This document shows positions 33,269-40,992 of a stretch of 40,992 nucleotides of DNA, in pieces; position 1 is the first letter of the stretch, and the number at the start of each line of letters is the position of its first letter. The position numbers were made by a program, and so were the translations under genes. The stretch is taken from the NCBI GenBank assembly GCA_010909165.1, contig VJWM01000359.1, positions 1 to 40,992 on the forward strand, read 5' to 3'. This DNA comes from Anthoceros angustus. Lineage: Eukaryota; Plantae; Anthocerotophyta. The notes below the pieces were generated by a model. It saw nothing but the letters and a program-made list of their open reading frames with translations, was not told the DNA's origin and made no database searches.

Positions 33269-33819
33269 TCAGGATTGTAAATGGTCTTCGAAGCAGGTGA
33301 TAGTGTGCAGATATTGGTGAAGCCAGTTTTATCTGTCGTGCATATATTGTTCAAATGGAGTTTTATTCCAGATTTATCCTGAAATTTCTGGATCCAAATA
33401 CCGTCTTGTATTTGTCTTTGGACGGACTGATGTTGGTGGCAATGCGTTTAAAATCTGATCTTCAAGAATGCTTCGCCACCTCAGCTACATCAATCGGTTG
33501 GCGAGGGAATATATCCGCCAGCGGTATAGGTAACCAGGTCAAGAGCGTCTTTTGACATTATAATGATAGGGATTTCCCTTTGATCCAGCAAGCATCTTAT
33601 TGTTTATTCTGGAAAAGGTTAACCAAAAGATAAGCGTGAAAAACCTGTATTGCAGCCAGCTTGACGATCCAGGAAAGCACATTTTGTCTACGACTGTTTT
33701 TTGCGAAGAAGCAGCGGTGCGATCGAGATCGTTCCAATCAGCGTTGATAAAAACAGTGGAAGTTGACATTGACGCCGAATGAACAACTTTTGACCTGGGC
33801 GCTGATCAGACCTCGTTCA

Positions 33820-34099
33820 GTTACCCCAAGTCCCTTGAAACTTTTTGAAATTCAATCTCCACCTCCTGCTGCAAGATCTGCGCGTACAGCTCCCAGGTGT
33901 CAAGACTGCCTTTGTCAGATTCGCCGCTTGTTCAAAGCAGCACGCATGTTTCAAAAACGTTGCCTTGCATTGGGCAGTTATTACAGGATGAACTTCGGAT
34001 GCATGGAAAAGTTCGGCAAGTGTCTACTGGTACTTAAGCCTCCAAAGCCACTTTGGCTTTAAACACAGGAGAGGATATTCTGTGCGTTTGCTTATTCAT
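33820..34099 (-). pseudogene. Degenerate IS3 family transposase OrfA remnant
   Basis: SPVFKAKVALEA...TLAEL...EVHP...ELYAQI.QQEVEIEF.K; no orfB follows. Confidence 0.7.
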
Positions 34100-34263
34100 T
34101 TGTGCTAGTTAAATTACGAAAGATTATTCACTAGCCTCGTGTCCCTGTTTATTTTGGGGAGTTTTATACATTGATGTTTGACCAGAGTAGCCGTCTTGGA
34201 ATTTCAGTTGTTCTTTTCCGCATGGAAAATAGGTTAGTAAATTAAGCCCGGGGTTGAGAAAAT

Positions 34264-34461
34264 TTGAACAGCATTCGTATAACCTGCCTGATTATTGATG
34301 ACAATCCCATTGCCAGAGCCACATTGGTGCATTTAATAAGCCAGCTAAAAGACCTGGAACTTAAAGGCGAATTTGACAATGCTGTGGAGGCTTATACTCA
34401 TTTACGACACCAAACTGATGTGACACCATTGCAATTCCGTCGATCATTTCAAGACAATTAA
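34264..34461 (+). pseudogene. Truncated response-regulator receiver domain (LytR/AlgR-like N-terminus)
   Basis: ITCLIIDDNPIARATLVHLISQLKDLELKGEFDNAVEAY; similarity ends before the phosphoacceptor Asp. Confidence 0.75.
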
Positions 34462-34529
34462 CCTGCTATCTTATTATTGTCAATCAGGATTTTTAATAAA
34501 AGTATGGGTTTCGATTGCTTTGTAACTAC

Positions 34530-36045
34530 TTACAGCTTCGGTGCTGCAAATGCCACGCAGTACTTTGTTCAAACGCATAGCCGATCCGGCATAAAGTGGC
34601 TTCTGAAATGCACTGCCCATCAATTGGAACCCTGGGGAGGAAATCCGTTTTCCGCCTTACCGCAAGGCAAGGTCAGGATGGAATTCCGGCAAGATTAGCC
34701 GGAAGGCAATAATGCGAATCAATGTCGTTGCTGAATTTGATCATGTTATTTTCCATGAAATGACCTCGCCAACCTTGTTCGGTCACTTTGGCCATGCCCC
34801 AGCGGGCGCTATCAGTGCATCAATAGAAGACAATGCATCGCGAAATTGCTGAAACGCTTCTTTGCGTTGAATAGACTGCTGATACTGCTCTTCCGTTACA
34901 GAATTGCCAAAAGAAATGAAATCTCTAAAGAAGTTTCCATATTCTTCTTTGTGAGCTAAAAATACTTTCCTGTTTGCCGCTGCTGCCTCAAAACTGGTGA
35001 TTACATTCCATACATCAGGAACGTCCGGCATGTTAAAGTTTACTATCGTAGCACCAAGTTCTTTGAACTGACTGACGGCAGCCTCAATGGCGGAAACCAA
35101 TGCAGTACTGCTGTCTTTCTTTATATAGTTCCAGTCAACACGCGCATTCCCTTCACGCCTGCTGCAAGCGATGGCAGAATGGAGACCTGTTCAGCAGGGA
35201 CAGTGCTGCTATCATTGGCATCGTGTCCGGCTATCGCCTCCAGCACAATCGCCACATCTTCCACCGAGCGGGCCATTGGCCCAATGGAATCAAATGTTGC
35301 AGGCAGTGCGCCATACCTGCTTACCAATCGATAGGTAGTCTTTAGCCCGACAATTCCATTTGCGGATGAGGGCAGCCGTATAACCCCTGTATCAGAGCCG
35401 AGCGATGCAGAGCCCGCAGCGGTGGCTACCTGGGGCCACTTGATGAAACACCTGTCCACAAATCTTCACCCAGGGGTTTTTCGGAATGTTATAAGCATTA
35501 CTATATCCAAGCAAAGCGCCCTCGGTCAGGTTAAGTTTCCCAGAATAACTGCTCCATGCGCGCTCAGTTTCGTTATTACCGTGGCATCATAAGGAGGAGT
35601 AAAATCAGCATTAAATGCATGCCCCATCGTAGTGGGCGCATTGGTGGTAAGCAACAGATCTTTTACGCCGATGGGAATACCGTGAAGCGGCCCACGATAA
35701 ATACCCGCCTTTGATTCTTTGTCCAGCTGCTTTGCCTGACTATAGCCGATTCATGCATCACGGTGATATAACTGTTCAGATGGCTCCGTCAAGGCGCTGG
35801 ATTCTTTCGAGGAGCAGACGGGTTAGTGCTTCAGCAGTTATTCGCTTGGATCTGATCCAGTTGCCAACGCCTCGGCCAATGTGCGGAAATGTAGCGTTGA
35901 CTTCTCGTCTTCGGTTAACTGGAACAAGTTTATTCGTGCAGCGGGCAGGTAGAACGAAAGAATGCGCCGATATCAGACCAGTTGCTGTTCTCCTTGTCAT
36001 CTTTGCATTAACCTGATCGGATGATGACCGCGTGAGTTTATTCAT
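34530..36045 (-). CDS. Amidase signature family protein
   Basis: YRGPLHGIPIGVKDLL, GKLNLTEGA, SLGSDTG..IRLPSSANGIVGLKTTY.LVSRYG, FDSIGPMARSVEDVA. Confidence 0.92.
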
Positions 36046-36085
36046 TTCCAGTGATGTTGTAATGGTAAACAGAACGATCCGTTGA

Positions 36086-36456
36086 TCATTTCATGGAATG
36101 AAAAGCCAGTTTATTTCCTTCTGTATCGAGAACTGCGCCATGAAGCCGTTTGCGCCAAGGGAAGTCTTGGTGCGAAGTACTTTGCCTCCCGCAGTCGCTA
36201 CACGACAATGGAACTTCCGGTCATCCCCACCATTAAGGTAGATCAGCACACCATCCTGCGAAGGAACGTATCCCTGCTCTTCTACAATACCTCCGGTGAT
36301 CTCTCCTTGCTGCATGTCAGCCGGAAACATAGCATACTTCATCTCAGGGAAGGGCATGATCAACTTCTGTGTCAAGTACGGCTTCATAAAAGGACTTCGC
36401 TCTTTCAAAGTCAGCAGCAGGATTTCAAACCAGCTGATCGCGTGTTTCATCGGCAT
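36086..36456 (-). CDS. VOC (glyoxalase/bleomycin resistance) family protein
   Basis: MKHAISWFEIPAADFERAKSFY...GVLIYLNGG...AGGKVL..KT...GFMAQF.DTEGN. Confidence 0.92.
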
Positions 36457-36483
36457 AAATTTGGCTATTTGTTACCGACAAAT

Positions 36484-37320
36484 CTAGAGGCCATTGTCCG
36501 CACAGAATTGTAAAATGTTTCGTAAGCGGAATGAAATTGGGATTATGCCGGGTCGCCGGAAAACTGAGGCAAAATGCTTTGTAATTTTCGGGGTCATGCC
36601 TGTTCTGCGCCTGAAGTCGTTAATGAAATGCGACTGGTCATAAAACGCATGGATCTGGGAGAGTGGTTTGTCCGCCTGTTTTGCGATGGCTGCAAGGTGC
36701 TGATCAAAACGGATGATTCCTGCATTTTGACCGAAGCCCCAAAGTATTTTTACATCCGTCCATAGTTTCTTTCGTGTGCACTTCAACCGGGAGCACATCT
36801 TCGACGGTGTAGGGAAGCAGCTGCGAAATGCTTTCGATATATTCAAGTAGTTCGAATCCTTTATGTGCGCAATTATAGCGGTAAAATGTGCTTCAATTGC
36901 CGCAAAACCCTCTTCGGACTAAGCCCCAGCAACTGCTTGCGTAAACCATACATGTCGGTTGTTGTCCAATGTTCAAAGATAAGGCCTGATCATTGGTTTC
37001 GTGTACCGGCAGCGTACAAAAGAAGGACAGCATACCGGGCTTGATGCCAATGACATAGAACCGGGTTGTACCGCGGTTTTCCAGGAGAAAAGGAGAAACC
37101 TGCCTGCCATTAATCCATACCAGACTTTTGTTTTCCATTTCTGTGTGGGTATACGGATCACAGGTAAAAAGTTATCTCCAGATTGATGAGGATGTTCTGG
37201 TACACACGCTGAAAGGCCAGACCATTTCCCATCCCTTCAATGTACACCATGCTGTTCACAAAGTGACGAAGCGGTTCACGGGGAGTGTATGATAGAAAGG
37301 AAGGATTCACCAATAACAGC
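36484..37320 (-). CDS. AraC family transcriptional regulator (N-terminal DUF6597-like; start approximate)
   Basis: YTPREPLRHFV at the N-terminus; FYDQSHFINDFRRRTGMTPK at the C-terminus. Confidence 0.88.
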
Positions 37321-37500
37321 TATAGCATAAATAAAGTACAACTTTTCGGCCTTACCAGGAAGTGCCGGCAACTGAATAAATGCTTTCTATGCGAAACACT
37401 TCCTCATGGCATTGATAGATTGATGCAGTATTTACATAAGGTATTGTCAAATCAGTCACTTTCGATGATTTTGGCTCAAGTTCTTTACTTCCTTTGCCCG

Positions 37501-37588
37501 TGAGTGATTCAGGTGAGTATCGAATTTAAAGTTCAACAAACTGATTGTCACCAATTTATGTGGTAGGTCGTCGTCCTGTCTTCCCGAC
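37501..37588 (+). other. attR-like site 3 (tRNA-Pro-like 3' end)
   Basis: GTCGTCCTGTCTTCCCGAC at 37570-37588 is identical to 25435-25453; TGAGT-N8-TGAGT arm lies 69 bp upstream. Confidence 0.85.
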
Positions 37589-37901
37589 TAAAGCCAAACG
37601 GCACCATTTGAACTTACCAGGAATTGCTCTTCGTAAAAGTCAGGTAATTGCAGCTGTTCTCCTGAACAAGCATTTAAAGCGGCTGTATTGGCGAATGGCA
37701 CACGCCTCCTTTGGTCCCCATACGCTAAGGGCAATAGACACAGCGGCCATTCGCAGACACTGCTAGGTTTCCTGGCCAGATCTTGGCGAGATGGCTGTTA
37801 AAATCCGCCATATCTGTCATTTCAGGACTAGTTGTGGAGTGGTTTAATTTTTTATATTCCTCCGCAAGTGGTAAAAATCATATATTTGTGGAGGAATATA
37901 A

Positions 37902-39319
37902 ATGGTGATGGAAACAATTATCGGGCGGGAAGAAGAAAAGAAGATACTCAGTGATGCTTTGCAATCCAAAGATGCGGAGCTGATTGCCGTTTATGGAAGA
38001 AGACGGATTGGGAAAACGTTCCTGATCCACAATCATTATGATAAAAAGATTCGGTTTGAATTGACCGGGGTACACGAAGCGAGCCTGAAAGATCAGTTAC
38101 ACAATTTCAGCCTGGCACTGCAGACATCCATGGCTATTCCTGTGGCGCCAGCTGACCCCACCAACTGGATCGATGCATTCAGCCAGTTAACCGATCACCT
38201 GAAAACCCTCCTCAAAAGGAACCCGCGGTGATCCTTTTCGATGAACTTCCCTGGCTTTGCAGCCCGAAGTCGGGTTTCTCCAGGCCTTTGGCCATTGGTG
38301 GAATACCTGGGCTTCCCGTCACCCACTCATGAAGGTAGTTATTTGCGGATCGGCAGCGTCATGGATCATCCGCAATATTATCAATGATCGAGGATTACAT
38401 AACCGCGTGACACAGCGGCATCCGTCTCTTGCCTTTCACCCTTGCCGAAACGGGAGCATTTTCATCATCATGGAGTAAAGTTAGACCGGTACCAAATCCT
38501 GCAGCTCTATATGGCGATGGTGGCATCCCGCAATATTTGAAGCAAATAAAAGGGGGAAGCGCTGCAGTCTATCGACAGACTCTGTTTCACGACAAACGGC
38601 ATGCTCAAAACCGAATTCGATGATCTCTACCAATCCCTGTTTGCGCATGCGGAAAATCATGAAGCGACCGTCAGGGCTCTTTCCAAAAAGCAAAAAGGTA
38701 TGACGCGGGCGGAGATTATCGATGCCTGGTTTTACAACAGGCGGATGGACCACTGCACTCTTTAATGAATTGGAACAATCGGGTTTCATTACCCAATACA
38801 TACCATTTGATCGTACAGTAAGAGATGCCATCTATAAACTATCCGATGAGTATAGCCTGTTCTACCTGAAATTCATCGAAGGTGCGCGGGCTACCGGCGC
38901 GGAACCAGCTCGTCTTTCTCAAACGCAATCCTATACCAGTTAGGGCGGTTTTGCTTTTGAATCGGTTTTGCCAGAAACATGTGGATGTTATCAAAGCTGC
39001 CCTGGAATTGCGGGAGTATATACCGAAGCATCGGGCTGGCGTTACATTCCTAAGAAAGGTGAAAAGGAGCGCAGGTGGATCTACTGCTTGACCGTGCTGA
39101 CCACTGCATCAACCTTTGTGAAATGAAATTCGGCAGGTGAATTTTCCATTGAAAAAATACGCGGGTGAACTGGATAACAAAGTGCAGGTATTCAAAGATC
39201 AAACAAAAACGAAGAAAACGGTCTTTCCAACCATGATTACTACGTATGGAACGAAGCAGAATATTTATTACATCGGCTGCATTGTTTCCGAGGTCACCCT
39301 GCACGACCTGTTCAAATGA
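37902..39319 (+). CDS. AAA/ATPase_2 family ATP-binding protein with C-terminal PD-(D/E)XK-like domain
   Basis: IIGREEEK, VYGRRRIGKTFL (Walker A), FDELPW, VICGSAASW, GGIPQYL, GAQVDLLLDRADHCINLCEMKF. Confidence 0.92.
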
Positions 39320-39521
39320 CGGCACCGAACGGGAACATATTCAAACGAATTCAATCTGAACTGCCCAGTTCCTTTATTTGCCCATCCAGGTGCTTCTGTA
39401 GTTCATCAATGAACGCCTCCGCAATTGGCATGAGCGTGTCAAGATTTTGGCAATCAAGTTTTAGCCTGGCCTGGAATTCGGAAGAATGCCTGTTGATGAA
39501 ATGGCTTTTACATGCCTTTCT

Positions 39522-39866
39522 TTAGTTAGCAGGCTCGATAAAAGCATACAATTGCTTTACCTTATCGTTCTCAAGTAGAAAAATCCATGCTGTTTAATAA
39601 GCCTCCGCCGGTTTGTATGTGCCAAAAAGCCTTGCACTATTCTGAAGGAGATCTATTGGCTAGCAGCGGAAAACTTATATCCGGATCTTCGGATATGAGC
39701 TTGTTCTATAAAATCAGAAACTGCTCGCAGTCCGTCAAAGACAAAGTCCTTGTCATACATCTTAATGTCATCGGCATAGATTACCTTAAGTTCATCGCGC
39801 TTTGCTACATCTTTTCGTTCCAGGCGGCAACGTGTATTTTGCAGTTATTGAATATTGTTTTTCCAT
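39522..39866 (-). CDS. SnoaL-like/NTF2 family protein
   Basis: Stitched: HVAAWNEKD..KR...IYADDIKMYD....GLRAVSDFI...MDF....KVKQLYAFIEP. Confidence 0.7.
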
Positions 39867-39928
39867 CGCTGTTCTTTTTGCTTTAAATGATGAGTGCCAA
39901 GTTAGAGGGAGTGAATAGCATCTGATTG

Positions 39929-40558
39929 TCATTTACCTGCGCGGCGTAGCAGATTTATTCCTAAAATACGGAAGAATAAAGGAATAGCCGGAATGGATAC
40001 TGCATAACCGGCGGTAACAAATGGTTCTGACAGAAATGCCGACAATACCATCAGCAACATTGCCACCAGGGCTGATTACCATATAGACACTGGTTGCTTT
40101 GGGGTAAACCAGCCGGCCTGTCTTAGCGAAACGCGAGAATGGCTCGCCAGGTAAGTTATCGCCACTTCAACAACAGCGATAAGTCCAAACAGTTTTCTCC
40201 AGGAAGGTGCCAGTCCGGCAAATGTTCAGCGCTGGATGAGGTTACTATTTTGAAAAATTCGGTTAAATAGAATCCCCAGTATATCATATTCATGATAAAA
40301 GCGGGATGGCTATTGCGATAGCGCTTGTCTCCAATGGTGGAATAGAATGTTTCTCCCGAACGGACCAACTCCTGTTTTAGAGAAGAAAAGCCAATAGCAA
40401 TAAAAATGCCGGCTACAATCAGCATGGCATACCTCACCTGTTGCTCGGTAGCCGCCACCCACACTGTCATGTCTTCCGGCGGGGTCCGAATCCAAAAAAA
40501 TGGTTGGCAAGTATCCTCCTTGGCCACCGAAGTGCTTGTTTGATTTTATCGGCACCAT
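39929..40558 (-). CDS. Hypothetical multi-pass membrane protein (start uncertain)
   Basis: ORF 40156..40527 plus downstream hydrophobic fragments (IPAIPLFFRI). Confidence 0.6.
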
Positions 40559-40992
40559 GTTTCTGCCTCACGGAGTGGGGACGGACCCTCCACTCGGCGT
40601 CAACTGCAGCATATTTATCAAGAAAAACTCCAGCAATTTATTTAGCAATTTTTCAGGAATTTTTCAGCTATTTCCAGCATATAAAATCCAGCAAATATTT
40701 CAAAAAGAAACACAAACAATCAGCAATTATGGCGGGCAGACACGTGTTTTATGTCTTACGGCTTGCGTTTTGATTCGAGCGAGCACATTTTGTCTTGTGA
40801 CGGCCGGTGAATTCGCAAATTTTGCTATATTTCTCACGATCTTAGCAGTGGTGTGAGACTTGATCGTGGATCGCGGCAGGATCGCCCGGCGACGAAATTT
40901 CTTGATGGAGAGATGGATTTTCCGGCCGATCGAGATCGGAGGCGGCGGATCTTGGCGCCTTTGGATTATATGGCACCGAGTGTGCGCGAGGC

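Noticed and set aside
1-40992. Mass pseudogenisation or programmed frameshifting
   Set aside because: Indels hit almost all genes uniformly, including the recent IS21, and cluster at homopolymers. This is the signature of long-read error.

Overview
Bacteroidota window, most similar in gene content to Chitinophagaceae/Sphingobacteriales (inference). Nearly every gene is broken by single-base indels, mostly shortened homopolymers. These look like uncorrected long-read errors, so CDS coordinates were stitched by hand across frames and pseudogene status mostly cannot be judged. Bases 1-~25,320 are the right-hand part of a CTn-type integrative conjugative element (ICE). It carries a TlpA-SusC operon start, two XRE regulators, an MNT-HEPN gene, a complete group II intron, an antitoxin-RelE/ParE pair, rteC, a traE-F-G...J-K-L-M-N operon, a gene split by an IS21 element with an unusual 18-bp target duplication, and an excisionase-like HTH gene. 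The ICE ends at a copy of a tRNA-Pro-like 3' end (GTCGTCCTGTCTTCCCGAC). That core and its upstream TGAGT-N7/8-TGAGT arm motif occur three times (25.31, 25.44 and 37.57 kb). They define a tandem stack: ICE, a ~130-bp gene-less unit, and a ~12-kb integrase-less island. The island holds a Fic gene, a run of short co-oriented cassette-like genes with eroded attC-like relics (DUF1963, RDD, DUF4184, DUF1493, YfeS-like), an IS3 relic and an AraC-VOC-amidase unit. An ATPase/nuclease gene, a SnoaL-like gene and a membrane-protein gene follow.
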